From positions 58,094,001 to 58,158,000 of the forward strand of contig OZ360241.1 of assembly GCA_977017645.1 (NCBI GenBank): 64,000 bases of DNA. Reading direction: 5' to 3'. Source of the DNA: Torpedo marmorata (lineage: Eukaryota). The position numbers were made by a program, and so were the translations under genes. Of this stretch, positions 38,901-53,900 are shown piece by piece (position 1 is the first letter of the stretch; every line of letters begins with the position of its first letter). The notes below the pieces were generated by a model. The model made no database searches. It was not told the origin of the DNA and saw only the letters and a list, made by a program, of their open reading frames with translations.

Positions 38901-41900
38901 AACCCACTATGTAAACCCGACCCCACTGTGTAAACCCTGACCCCACTGTGTAAACCCGACCCCACTGTGTAAACCTGATCCCACTGTGTAAACCTGATAC
39001 CACTGTGTAAACCTGACCCACTGTGTAAACCCTGACCCCACTGTGTAAACCCAACCCCACTGTGTAAACCCACTATGTAAACCCTGACCCCACTGTGTAA
39101 ACCCTGACCCCACTGTGTAAACCCGACCCCACTGTGTAAACCTGACCCCACTGTGTAAACCTGACCCACTGTGTAAACCTGACCCCACTGTGTAAACCCG
39201 AACCTACTGTGTGAACCCGACCTCACTGTGTAAACCCACTGTGTAAAATCAGACTCCACTGTGTAAACCCACTGTGTAAACTCACTGTGTAAACCCGAAC
39301 CCACTGTGTAAACCCGACCCTACTGTGTAAACCCACTGTGTAAAACCAGACCCCACTGTGTAAACCCACTGTGTAAACCCGAACCCACTGTGTAAACCCT
39401 GACTCCACTGTGTAAACCCACTGTGTAAACCCGACCCCACTGTGTAAACTCTGACCCCAATGCGTAAACCCCGACCCCACTGTGAAAACCCCGACCCCAC
39501 TGTGTAAACCCGACCCCACTGTGTAAACCCATTGTGTAAACCCAACCCCACTGTGTAAACCCCGACCCCACTGTGTAAACCCCGACCCCACTGTGTAAAC
39601 CCGACCCCACTATGTAAACCCAACCCCACTGTTTAAACCCTACCCACTGTGTAAACCCACTGTGTAAACCCGACCCCACTGTGTAAACCCGACCCCACTA
39701 TGTAAACCCAACCCCACTGTTTAAACCCTACCCACTGTGTAAACCCACTGTGAAAACCCGACCCCACTGTGTAAACCTGATCCCACTGTGTAAACCTGAC
39801 CCACTGTGTAAACCCACTATGTAAACCCGACCCCACTGTGTAAACCCTGACCCCACTGTGTAAACCCTGACCCCACTGTGTAAACCCACTATGTAAACCC
39901 GACCCCACTGTGTAAACCCTGCCCCCACTGTGTAAACTCGACCCCACTGTGTAAACCTGATCCCACTGTGTAAACCTGACCCACTGTGTAAACCCTGACC
40001 CCACTGTGTAAACCCAACTTCACTGTGTAAACCCACTATGTAAACCCGACCCCACTGTGTAAACCCTGACCCCACTGTGTAAACCCTGACCCCACTGTGT
40101 AAACCTGACCCCACTGTGTAAACCCGAACCTACTGTGTGAACCCGACCTCACTGTGTAAACCCACTGTGTAAAATCAGACTCCACTGTGTAAACCCACTG
40201 TGTAAACTCACTGTGTAAACCCGACCCCACTGTGTAAACCCACTGTGTAAACCCGACCACACTGTGTAAACCCACTGTGTAAACTCACTGTGTAAACCCG
40301 ACCTCACTGTGTAAACCCACTGTGTAAAATCAGACTCCACTGTGTAAACCCACTGTGTAAACTCACTGTGTAAACCCGACCCCACTGTGTAAACCCGACC
40401 ACACTGTGTAAACCCTGACTCCACTGTGTAAACCCACTGTGTAAACTCTGACCCCAATGCATAAACCCCGACACCACTGTGGAAACCCCGACCCCACTAT
40501 GTAAACCCGACCCCACTGTGTAAACCCATTGTGTAAACCCAACCCCACTGTGTAAACCCCGACCCCACTGTGTAAACCCCGACCCCACTGTGTAAACACC
40601 AACCTCACTGTGTAAACCTGACCCCACTGTGTAAACCCATTGTGTAAACCCAACCCCACTGTGTAAACCCCGACCCCACTGTGTAAACACCAACCTCACT
40701 GTGTAAACCCAACCCCACTGTGGAAACCCCGACCCCACTGTGTAAACCCGACCCCACTGTGTAAACACCAACCTCACTGTGTAAACCTGACCCCACTGTG
40801 TAAACCTGACCCCACTGTGTAAACCCATTGTGTAAACCCAACCCCACTGTGTAAACCCCGACCCCACTGTGTAAACCCCGACCCCACTGTGTAAACACCA
40901 ACCTCACTGTGTAAACCTGACCCCACTGTGTAAACCCATTGTGTAAACCCAACCCCACTGTGTAAACCCCGACCCCACTGTGTAAACACCAACCTCACTG
41001 TGTAAACCCAACCCCACTGTGGAAACCCCGACCCCACTGTGTAAACCCGACCCCACTGTGTAAACACCAACCTCACTGTGTAAACCTGACCCCACTGTGT
41101 AAACCTGACCCCACTGTGTAAACCTGACCCCACTGTGTAAACCCATTGTGTAAACCCAACCCCACTGTGTAAACCCCGACCCCACTGTGTAAACCCCGAC
41201 CCCACTGTGTAAACACCAACCTCACTGTGTAAACCTGACCCCACTGTGTAAACCCTGACCCCACTGTGTAAACCCTGACCCCACTGTATAAACCCACTAT
41301 GTAAACCTGACCCCACTGTGTAAACCCTGCCCCCACTGTGTAAACCCGACCCCACTGTGTAAACCCGACCCCACTGTGTAAACCTGATACCACTGTGTAA
41401 ACCTGATACCACTGTGTAAACCTGACCCACTGTGTAAACCCTGACCCCACTGTGTAAACCCACTATGTAAACCCTGACCCCACTGTGTAAACCCTGACCC
41501 CACTGTGTAAACCCGACCCCACTGTGTAAACCCGACCCCACTGTGTAAACCTGATCCCACTGTGTAAACCTGATACCACTGTGTAAACCCCGACCCCACT
41601 GTGTAAACCCACTATGTAAACCCTGACCCCACTGTGTAAACCCTGACCCCACTGTGTAAACCCGACCCCACTGTGTAAACCCGACCCCACTGTGTAAACC
41701 CACTATGTAAACCCTGACCCCACTGTGTAAACCCTGACCCCACTGTGTAAACCCGACCCCACTGTGTAAACCTGACCCCACTGTGTAAACCCTGCCCCCA
41801 CTGTGTAAACCCGACCCCACTGTGTAAACCCGACCCCACTGTGTAAACCTGATCCCACTGTGTAAACCTGATACCACTGTGTAAACCCCGACCCCACTGT

Positions 41901-44900
41901 GTAAACCCGACCCCACTGTGTAAACCTGATCCCACTGTGTAAACCTGATACCACTGTGTAAACCCGACCCCACTGTGTAAACCCGACCCCACTGTGTAAA
42001 CCTGATCCCACTGTGTAAACCTGACCCACTGTGTAAACCCCGACCCCACTGTGTAAACCCGACCCCACTGTGTAAACCCGACCCCACTGTGTAAACCCGA
42101 CCCCACTGTGTAAACCTGATCCCACTGTGTAAACCTGATACCACTGTGTAAACCCGACCCCACTGTGTAAACCCGACCCCACTGTGTAAACCTGATCCCA
42201 CTGTGTAAACCTGACCCACTGTGTAAACCCCGACCCCACTGTGTAAACCCTGCCCCCACTGTGTAAACCCGACCCCACTGTGTAAACCCGACCCCACTGT
42301 GTAAACCTGATACCACTGTGTAAACCTGATACCACTGTGTAAACCTGACCCACTGTGTAAACCCTGACCCCACTGTGTAAACCCACTATGTAAACCCTGA
42401 CCCCACTGTGTAAACCCTGACCCCACTGTGTAAACCCGACCCCACTGTGTAAACCCGACCCCACTGTGTAAACCTGATCCCACTGTGTAAACCTGATACC
42501 ACTGTGTAAACCTGACCCACTGTGTAAACCCCGACCCCACTGTGTAAACCCACTATGTAAACCCTGACCCCACTGTGTAAACCCGACCCCACTGTGTAAA
42601 CCCGACCCCACTGTGTAAACCCACTGTGTAAAATCAGACTCCACTGTGTAAACCCACTGTGTAAACCTGATCCCACTGTGTAAACCTGATACCACTGTGT
42701 AAACCCGACCCTACTGTGTAAACCCACTGTGTAAAACCAGACCCCACTGTGTAAACCCACTGTGTAAACCCTGACTCCACTGTGTAAACCCACTGTGTAA
42801 ACCCGACCCCACTGTGTAAACTCTGACCCCAATGCGTAAACCCCGACCCCACTGTGAAAACCCCGACCCCACTGTGTAAACCCGACCCCACTGTGTAAAA
42901 CCGACCCCACTGTGTAAACCCGACCCCACTGTGTAAACCCGACCCCACTGTGTAAACCCTGACCCCACTGTGTAAACCTGACCCTACTGTGTAAACCCAT
43001 TGTGTAAACCCAACCCCACTGTGTAAACCCCGACCCCACTGTGTAAACCCCGACCCCACTGTGTAAACCCGACCCCACTGTGGAAACCCCGACCCCACTG
43101 TGTAAACCTGACCCTACTGTGTAAACCCATTGTGTAAACCCAACCCCACTGTGTAAACCCCGACCCCACTGTGTAAACCCCGACCCCACTGTGTAAACCC
43201 CGACCCCACTGTGAAAACCCGATCCCACTGTGTAAACCTGACCCACTGTGTAAACTCTGACCCCACTGTGTAAACCCAACCCCACTGTGTAAACCCACTA
43301 TGTAAACCCGACCCCACTGTGTAAACCCAACCCCACTGTGTAAACCCACTATGTAAACCCGACCCCACTGTGTAAACCCTGACCCCACTGTGTAAACCCT
43401 GACCCCACTGTGTAAACCCACTATGTAAACCCGACCCCACTGTGTAAACCCTGCCCCCACTGTGTAAACTCGACCCCACTGTGTAAATCTGATCCCACTG
43501 TGTAAACCTGACCCACTGTGTAAACCCTGACCCCACTGTGTAAACCCTGACCCCACTGTGTAAACCCGACCCCACTGTGTAAACCTCACCCCACTGTGTA
43601 AACCCGAACCTACTGTGTGAACCCGACCCCACTGTGTAAACCCACTGTGTAAAATCAGACTCCACTGTGTAAATCCACTGTGTAAACTCACTGTGTAAAC
43701 CCGACCTCACTGTGTAAACCCACTGTGTAAAACCAGACCCCACTGTGTAAACCCGCTGTGTAAAACCCGACCACACTGTGTAAACCCTGACTCCACTGTG
43801 TAAACCCACTGTGTAAACTTACTGTGTAAACCCGACCTCACTGTGTAAACCCACTGTGTAAAACCAGACCCCACTGTGTAAACCCGCTGTGTAAAACCCG
43901 ACCACACTGTGTAAACCCTGACTCCACTGTGTAAACCCACTGTGTAAACTTACTGTGTAAACCCGACCTCACTGTGTAAACCCACTGTGTAAAATCAGAC
44001 TCCACTGTGTAAACCCACTGTGTAAACTCACTGTGTAAACCCGACCCCACTGTGTAAACCCGACCACACTGTGTAAACCCTGACTCCACTGTGTAAACCC
44101 ACTGTGTAAACTCTGACCCCAATGCATAAACCCCGACCCCACTGTGGAAACCCCGACCCCACTATGTAAACCCGACCCCACTGTGTAAACCCATTGTGTA
44201 AACCCAACCCCACTGTGGAAACCCCGACCCCACTGTGTAAACCTGACCCCACTGTGTAAACCCATTGTGTAAACCCAACCCCACTGTGTAAACCCCGACC
44301 CCACTGTGTAAACCCCGACCCCACTGTGTAAACCCACTATGTAAACCCGACCCCACTGTGTAAACCTCGACCCCACTGTGTAAACCTGACCCCACTGTGT
44401 AAACCTCGACCCCACTGTGTAAACCTGACTCCACTGTGTAAACTTCGACCCCACTGTGTAAACCACGACCCCACTGTGTAAACCTGATCCCACTGTGTAA
44501 ACCTGATCCCACTGTGTAAACCCTGACCCCACTTTGTAAACCCAACCCCACTGTGTAAACCCACTATGTAAACCCGACTCCACTGTGTAAACCCGACCCC
44601 ACTATGTAAACCCAACCCCACTGTGTAAACCCACTATGTAAACCCGACTCCACTGTGTAAACCCGACCCCACTATGTAAACCCAACACCACTGTGTAAAC
44701 CCCAACCCCACTGTGTAAACCCACTGTGTAAACCCGACCCCACTGTGTAAACCCGACCCCACTGTGTAAAGCCGACCCCACTGTGTAAACCTGATCCCAC
44801 TGTGTAAACCTGACCCACTGTGTAAACCTGATCCCACTGTGTAAACCTGACCCACTGTGTAAACTCTGACCCCACTGTGTAAACCCACTATGTAAACCCG

Positions 44901-47900
44901 ACCCCACTGTGTAAACCCTGACCTCACTGTGTAAACCCTGACCCCACTGTGTAAACCCACTATGTAAACCCGACCCCACTGTGTAAACCCTGCCCCCACT
45001 GTGCAAACTCGACCCCACTGTGTAAACCCGACCCCACTGTGTAAACCTGATCCCACTGTGTAAACCTGACCCACTGTGTAAACCCTGACCCCACTGTGTA
45101 AACCTGACCCCACTGTGTAAACCCAACCCCACTGTGTAAACCCACTATGTAAACCCGACCCCACTGTGTAAACCCTGACCCCACTGTGTAAACCCTGACC
45201 CCACTGTGTAAACCCGACCCCACTGTGTAAACCTGACCCCACTGTGTAAACCCGAACCTACTGTGTGAACCCGACCTCACTGTGTAAACCCACTGTGTAA
45301 AATCAGACTCCACTGTGTAAATCCACTGTGTAAACTCACTGTGTAAACCCGACCCCACTGTGTAAACCCGCTGTGTAAACTCAGACTCCACTGTGTAAAT
45401 CCACTGTGTAAACTCACTGTGTAAACCCGACCCTACTGTGTAAACCCACTGTGTAAAATCAGACTCCACTGTGTAAATCCACTGTGTAAACTCACTGTGT
45501 AAACCCGACCCCACTGTGTAAACCCGCTGTGTAAAATCAGACTCCACTGTGTAAATCCACTGTGTAAACTCACTGTGTAAACCCGACCTCACTGTGTAAA
45601 CCCACTGTGTAAAATCAGACTCCACTGTGTAAACCCGACCCTACTGTGTAAACCCTGATTCCACTGTGTAAACCCACTGTGTAAACCCTGACTCCACTGT
45701 GTAAACCCGACCCCACTGTTTAAACCCGACCCCACTGTGTAAACCCCGACCCCACTGTGTAAACCCGACCCCTCTGTGTAAACCCGGACCCCACTGTGTA
45801 AACCCGACCCCTCTGTGTAAACCCCGACCCCACTGTGTAAACCCGACCCCTCTGTGTAAACCCCGACCCCACTGTGTAAACCCGGCCCACTGTGTAAACC
45901 CCGACCCCACTGTATAAACCCCGAACCATTGTGTAAACCCCGACCCCACTGTGAAAACCCGAGCCCACTGTGTAAACCCCGAGCCCACTGTATAAACCCC
46001 GAACCACTGTGTAAACCTTGACCCCACTATGTAAACCCGACCCCACTGTGTAAACCTCGACCCCACTGTGTAAACCTGACCCCACTGTGTAAACCTCGAA
46101 CCCACTGTGTAAACCTGACTCCACTGTGTAAACCTCGACCCCACTGTGTAAACCACGACCCCACTATGTAAACCCGACCCCACTGTGTAAACTCGACCCC
46201 ACTGTGTAAACCTCGACCCCACTGTGTAAACCCCGACCCCACTGTGTAAACCCGACCCCACTATGTAAACCCGACCCCACTATGTAAACCCGACCCCACT
46301 GTGTAAACCTCGACCCCACTGTGTAAACCTCGACCCCACTGTGTAAACCTGACACCACTGTGTAAACCCCGACCCCTCTGTGTAAACCTGACTCCACTGT
46401 GTAAACCTCGACCCCACTGTGTAAACCACGACCCCACTGTGTAAACCTGACCCCACTGTGTAAACCTGACCCCACTGTGTAAACCCACTATGTAAACCCG
46501 ACCCCACTGTGTAAACCCTGACCCCACTGTGTAAACCCGACCCCACTGTGTAAACCTGATCCCACTGTGTAAACCTGATACCACTGTGTAAACCTGACCC
46601 ACTGTGTAAACCCTGACCCCACTGTGTAAACCCAACCCCACTGTGTAAACCCACTATGTAAACCCTGACCCCACTGTGTAAACCCTGACCCCACTGTGTA
46701 AACCCGACCCCACTGTGTAAACCTGACCCCACTGTGTAAACCTGACCCACTGTGTAAACCTGACCCCACTGTGTAAACCCGAACCTACTGTGTGAACCCG
46801 ACCTCACTGTGTAAACCCACTGTGTAAAATCAGACTCCACTGTGTAAACCCACTGTGTAAACTCACTGTGTAAACCCGAACCCACTGTGTAAACCCGACC
46901 CTACTGTGTAAACCCACTGTGTAAAACCAGACCCCACTGTGTAAACCCACTGTGTAAACCCGAACCCACTGTGTAAACCCTGACTCCACTGTGTAAACCC
47001 ACTGTGTAAACCCGACCCCACTGTGTAAACTCTGACCCCAATGCGTAAACCCCGACCCCACTGTGAAAACCCCGACCCCACTGTGTAAACCCGACCCCAC
47101 TGTGTAAAACCGACCCCACTGTGTAAACCCACTGTGTAAAACCCGACCCCACTGTGTAAACCCTGACTCCACTGTGTAAACCCACTGTGTAAACCCGACC
47201 CCACTGTGTAAACTCTGACCCCAATGCGTAAACCCCGACCCCACTGTGAAAACCCCGACCCCACTGTGTAAACCCGACCCCACTGTGTAAACCCATTGTG
47301 TAAACCCAACCCCACTGTGTAAACCCCGACCCCACTGTGTAAACCCCGACCCCACTGTGTAAACCCGACCCCACTATGTAAACCCAACCCCACTGTTTAA
47401 ACCCTACCCACTGTGTAAACCCACTGTGTAAACCCGACCCCACTGTGTAAACCCGACCCCACTATGTAAACCCAACCCCACTGTTTAAACCCTACCCACT
47501 GTGTAAACCCACTGTGAAAACCCGACCCCACTGTGTAAACCTGATCCCACTGTGTAAACCTGACCCATTGTGTAAACCCACTATGTAAACCCGACCCCAC
47601 TGTGTAAACCCTGACCCCACTGTGTAAACCCTGACCCCACTGTGTAAACCCACTATGTAAACCCGACCCCACTGTGTAAACCCTGCCCCCACTGTGTAAA
47701 CTCGACCCCACTGTGTAAACCTGATCCCACTGTGTAAACCTGACCCACTGTGTAAACCCTGACCCCACTGTGTAAACCCAACTTCACTGTGTAAACCCAC
47801 TATGTAAACCCGACCCCACTGTGTAAACCCTGACCCCACTGTGTAAACCCTGACCCCACTGTGTAAACCTGACCCCACTGTGTAAACCCGAACCTACTGT

Positions 47901-50900
47901 GTGAACCCGACCTCACTGTGTAAACCCACTGTGTAAAATCAGACTCCACTGTGTAAACCCACTGTGTAAACTCACTGTGTAAACCCGACCCCACTGTGTA
48001 AACCCACTGTGTAAACCCGACCACACTGTGTAAACCCACTGTGTAAACTCACTGTGTAAACCCGACCTCACTGTGTAAACCCACTGTGTAAAATCAGACT
48101 CCACTGTGTAAACCCACTGTGTAAACTCACTGTGTAAACCCGACCCCACTGTGTAAACCCGACCACACTGTGTAAACCCTGACTCCACTGTGTAAACCCA
48201 CTGTGTAAACTCTGACCCCAATGCATAAACCCCGACACCACTGTGGAAACCCCGACCCCACTATGTAAACCCGACCCCACTGTGTAAACCCATTGTGTAA
48301 ACCCAACCCCACTGTGTAAACCCCGACCCCACTGTGTAAACCCCGACCCCACTGTGTAAACACCAACCTCACTGTGTAAACCTGACCCCACTGTGTAAAC
48401 CCATTGTGTAAACCCAACCCCACTGTGTAAACCCGACCCCACTGTGTAAACACCAACCTCACTGTGTAAACCCAACCCCACTGTGGAAACCCCGACCCCA
48501 CTGTGTAAACCCGACCCCACTGTGTAAACACCAACCTCACTGTGTAAACCTGACCCCACTGTGTAAACCTGACCCCACTGTGTAAACCCATTGTGTAAAC
48601 CCAACCCCACTGTGTAAACCCCGACCCCACTGTGTAAACCCCGACCCCACTGTGTAAACACCAACCTCACTGTGTAAACCTGACCCCACTGTGTAAACCC
48701 TGACCCCACTGTGTAAACCCTGACCCCACTGTATAAACCCACTATGTAAACCTGACCCCACTGTGTAAACCCTGCCCCCACTGTGTAAACCCGACCCCAC
48801 TGTGTAAACCCGACCCCACTGTGTAAACCTGATACCACTGTGTAAACCTGATACCACTGTGTAAACCTGACCCACTGTGTAAACCCTGACCCCACTGTGT
48901 AAACCCACTATGTAAACCCTGACCCCACTGTGTAAACCCTGACCCCACTGTGTAAACCCGACCCCACTGTGTAAACCCGACCCCACTGTGTAAACCTGAT
49001 CCCACTGTGTAAACCTGATACCACTGTGTAAACCCCGACCCCACTGTGTAAACCCACTATGTAAACCCTGACCCCACTGTGTAAACCCTGACCCCACTGT
49101 GTAAACCCGACCCCACTGTGTAAACCCGACCCCACTGTGTAAACCCACTATGTAAACCCTGACCCCACTGTGTAAACCCTGACCCCACTGTGTAAACCCG
49201 ACCCCACTGTGTAAACCCTGCCCCCACTGTGTAAACCCGACCCCACTGTGTAAACCCGACCCCACTGTGTAAACCTGATACCACTGTGTAAACCTGATAC
49301 CACTGTGTAAACCTGACCCACTGTGTAAACCCTGACCCCACTGTGTAAACCCACTATGTAAACCCTGACCCCACTGTGTAAACCCTGACCCCACTGTGTA
49401 AACCCGACCCCACTGTGTAAACCCGACCCCACTGTGTAAACCTGATCCCACTGTGTAAACCCGACCCCACTGTGTAAACCCGACCCCACTGTGTAAACCC
49501 GACCCCACTGTGTAAACCCACTGTGTAAAATCAGACTCCACTGTGTAAACCCACTGTGTAAACCTGATCCCACTGTGTAAACCTGATACCACTGTGTAAA
49601 CCCGACCCTACTGTGTAAACCCACTGTGTAAAACCAGACCCCACTGTGTAAACCCACTGTGTAAACCCTGACTCCACTGTGTAAACCCACTGTGTAAACC
49701 CGACCCCACTGTGTAAACTCTGACCCCAATGCGTAAACCCCGACCCCACTGTGAAAACCCCGACCCCACTGTGTAAACCCGACCCCACTGTGTAAAACCG
49801 ACCCCACTGTGTAAACCCGACCCCACTGTGTAAACCCTGACCCCACTGTGTAAACCTGACCCTACTGTGTAAACCCATTGTGTAAACCCAACCCCACTGT
49901 GTAAACCCCGACCCCACTGTGTAAACCCCGACCCCACTGTGTAAACCCGACCCCACTGTGGAAACCCCGACCCCACTGTGTAAACCTGACCCTACTGTGT
50001 AAACCCATTGTGTAAACCCAACCCCACTGTGTAAACCCCGACCCCACTGTGTAAACCCCGACCCCACTGTGTAAACCCCGACCCCACTGTGAAAACCCGA
50101 TCCCACTGTGTAAACCTGACCCACTGTGTAAACTCTGACCCCACTGTGTAAACCCAACCCCACTGTGTAAACCCACTATGTAAACCCGACCCCACTGTGT
50201 AAACCCAACCCCACTGTGTAAACCCACTATGTAAACCCGACCCCACTGTGTAAACCCTGACCCCACTGTGTAAACCCTGACCCCACTGTGTAAACCCACT
50301 ATGTAAACCCGACCCCACTGTGTAAACCCTGCCCCCACTGTGTAAACTCGACCCCACTGTGTAAATCTGATCCCACTGTGTAAACCTGACCCACTGTGTA
50401 AACCCTGACCCCACTGTGTAAACCCTGACCCCACTGTGTAAACCCGACCCCACTGTGTAAACCTCACCCCACTGTGTAAACCCGAACCTACTGTGTGAAC
50501 CCGACCCCACTGTGTAAACCCACTGTGTAAAATCAGACTCCACTGTGTAAATCCACTGTGTAAACTCACTGTGTAAACCCGACCTCACTGTGTAAACCCA
50601 CTGTGTAAAACCAGACCCCACTGTGTAAACCCGCTGTGTAAAACCCGACCACACTGTGTAAACCCTGACTCCACTGTGTAAACCCACTGTGTAAACTTAC
50701 TGTGTAAACCCGACCTCACTGTGTAAACCCACTGTGTAAAACCAGACCCCACTGTGTAAACCCGCTGTGTAAAACCCGACCACACTGTGTAAACCCTGAC
50801 TCCACTGTGTAAACCCACTGTGTAAACTTACTGTGTAAACCCGACCTCACTGTGTAAACCCACTGTGTAAAATCAGACTCCACTGTGTAAACCCACTGTG

Positions 50901-53900
50901 TAAACTCACTGTGTAAACCCGACCCCACTGTGTAAACCCGACCACACTGTGTAAACCCTGACTCCACTGTGTAAACCCACTGTGTAAACTCACTGTGTAA
51001 ACCCGACCCCACTGTGTAAACCCGACCACACTGTGTAAACCCTGACTCCACTGTGTAAACCCACTGTGTAAACTCTGACCCCAATGCATAAACCCCGACC
51101 CCACTGTGGAAACCCCGACCCCACTATGTAAACCCGACCCCACTGTGTAAACCCATTGTGTAAACCCAACCCCACTGTGGAAACCCCGACCCCACTGTGT
51201 AAACCTGACCCCACTGTGTAAACCCATTGTGTAAACCCAACCCCACTGTGTAAACCCCGACCCCACTGTGTAAACCCCGACCCCACTGTGTAAACCCACT
51301 ATGTAAACCCGACCCCACTGTGTAAACCTCGACCCCACTGTGTAAACCTGACCCCACTGTGTAAACCTCGACCCCACTGTGTAAACCTGACTCCACTGTG
51401 TAAACTTCGACCCCACTGTGTAAACCACGACCCCACTGTGTAAACCTGATCCCACTGTGTAAACCTGATCCCACTGTGTAAACCCTGACCCCACTTTGTA
51501 AACCCAACCCCACTGTGTAAACCCACTATGTAAACCCGACTCCACTGTGTAAACCCGACCCCACTATGTAAACCCAACCCCACTGTGTAAACCCACTATG
51601 TAAACCCGACTCCACTGTGTAAACCCGACCCCACTATGTAAACCCAACACCACTGTGTAAACCCCAACCCCACTGTGTAAACCCACTGTGTAAACCCGAC
51701 CCCACTGTGTAAACCCGACCCCACTGTGTAAAGCCGACCCCACTGTGTAAACCTGATCCCACTGTGTAAACCTGACCCACTGTGTAAACCTGATCCCACT
51801 GTGTAAACCTGACCCACTGTGTAAACTCTGACCCCACTGTGTAAACCCACTATGTAAACCCGACCCCACTGTGTAAACCCTGACCTCACTGTGTAAACCC
51901 TGACCCCACTGTGTAAACCCACTATGTAAACCCGACCCCACTGTGTAAACCCTGCCCCCACTGTGCAAACTCGACCCCACTGTGTAAACCCGACCCCACT
52001 GTGTAAACCTGATCCCACTGTGTAAACCTGACCCACTGTGTAAACCCTGACCCCACTGTGTAAACCTGACCCCACTGTGTAAACCCAACCCCACTGTGTA
52101 AACCCACTATGTAAACCCGACCCCACTGTGTAAACCCTGACCCCACTGTGTAAACCCTGACCCCACTGTGTAAACCCGACCCCACTGTGTAAACCTGACC
52201 CCACTGTGTAAACCCGAACCTACTGTGTGAACCCGACCTCACTGTGTAAACCCACTGTGTAAAATCAGACTCCACTGTGTAAATCCACTGTGTAAACTCA
52301 CTGTGTAAACCCGACCCCACTGTGTAAACCCGCTGTGTAAACTCAGACTCCACTGTGTAAATCCACTGTGTAAACTCACTGTGTAAACCCGACCCTACTG
52401 TGTAAACCCACTGTGTAAAATCAGACTCCACTGTGTAAATCCACTGTGTAAACTCACTGTGTAAACCCGACCCCACTGTGTAAACCCGCTGTGTAAAATC
52501 AGACTCCACTGTGTAAATCCACTGTGTAAACTCACTGTGTAAACCCGACCTCACTGTGTAAACCCACTGTGTAAAATCAGACTCCACTGTGTAAACCCGA
52601 CCCTACTGTGTAAACCCTGATTCCACTGTGTAAACCCACTGTGTAAACCCTGACTCCACTGTGTAAACCCGACCCCACTGTTTAAACCCGACCCCACTGT
52701 GTAAACCCCGACCCCACTGTGTAAACCCGACCCCTCTGTGTAAACCCGGACCCCACTGTGTAAACCCGACCCCTCTGTGTAAACCCCGACCCCACTGTGT
52801 AAACCCGACCCCTCTGTGTAAACCCCGACCCCACTGTGTAAACCCGGCCCACTGTGTAAACCCCGACCCCACTGTATAAACCCCGAACCATTGTGTAAAC
52901 CCCGACCCCACTGTGAAAACCCGAGCCCACTGTGTAAACCCCGACCCCACTGTGTAAACCTCGACCCCACTGTGTAAACCCGACTCCACTGTGTAAACCA
53001 CGACCCCACTGTGTAAACCTGATCCCACTGTGTAAACCTGACCCCACTGTGTAAACCCGACCCCACTGTGTAAACCTCGACCCCACTGTGTAAACCCGAC
53101 TCCACTGTGTAAACCACGACCCCACTGTGTAAACCTGATCCCACTGTGTAAACCCTGACCCCACTGTGTAAACCCAACCCCACTGTGTAAACCCAACCCC
53201 ACTGTGTAAACCCACTATGTAAACCCGACCCCACTGTATAAACCCCGAACCACTGTGTAAACCCACTATGTAAACCCGACCCCACTGTGTAAACCTCGAC
53301 CACACTGTGTAAACCTCGACCCCACTGTGTAAACCCGACTCCACTGTGTAAACCACGACCCCACTGTGTAAACCTGATCCCACTGTGTAAACCTGACCCC
53401 ACTGTGTAAACCCTGACCCCACTGTGTAAACCCAACCCCATTGTGTAAACCCAACCCCACTGTGAAAACCCGAGCCCACTGTATAAACCCCGAACCACTG
53501 TGTAAACCCGACCCCACTGTGTAAACCTGACTCCACTGTGTAAACCCCGACCCCACTGTGTAAACCAGACTCCACTGTGTAAACCTGATCCCACTGTGTA
53601 AACCTGATCCCACTGTGTAAACCTGACCCCACTGTGTAAACCCACTATGTAAACCCGACCCCACTGTGTAAACCCTGCCCCCACTGTGTAAACCCGACCC
53701 CACTGTGTAAACCCTGACCCCACTGTGTAAACCTGATCCCACTGTGTAAACCTGATCCCACTGTGTAAACCTGACCCCACTGTGTAAACCCTGACCCCAC
53801 TGTGTAAACCCACTATGTAAACCCGACCCCACTGTGTAAACCCTGACCCCACTGTGTAAACCCTGACCCCACTGTGTAAACCCACTATGTAAACCTGACC

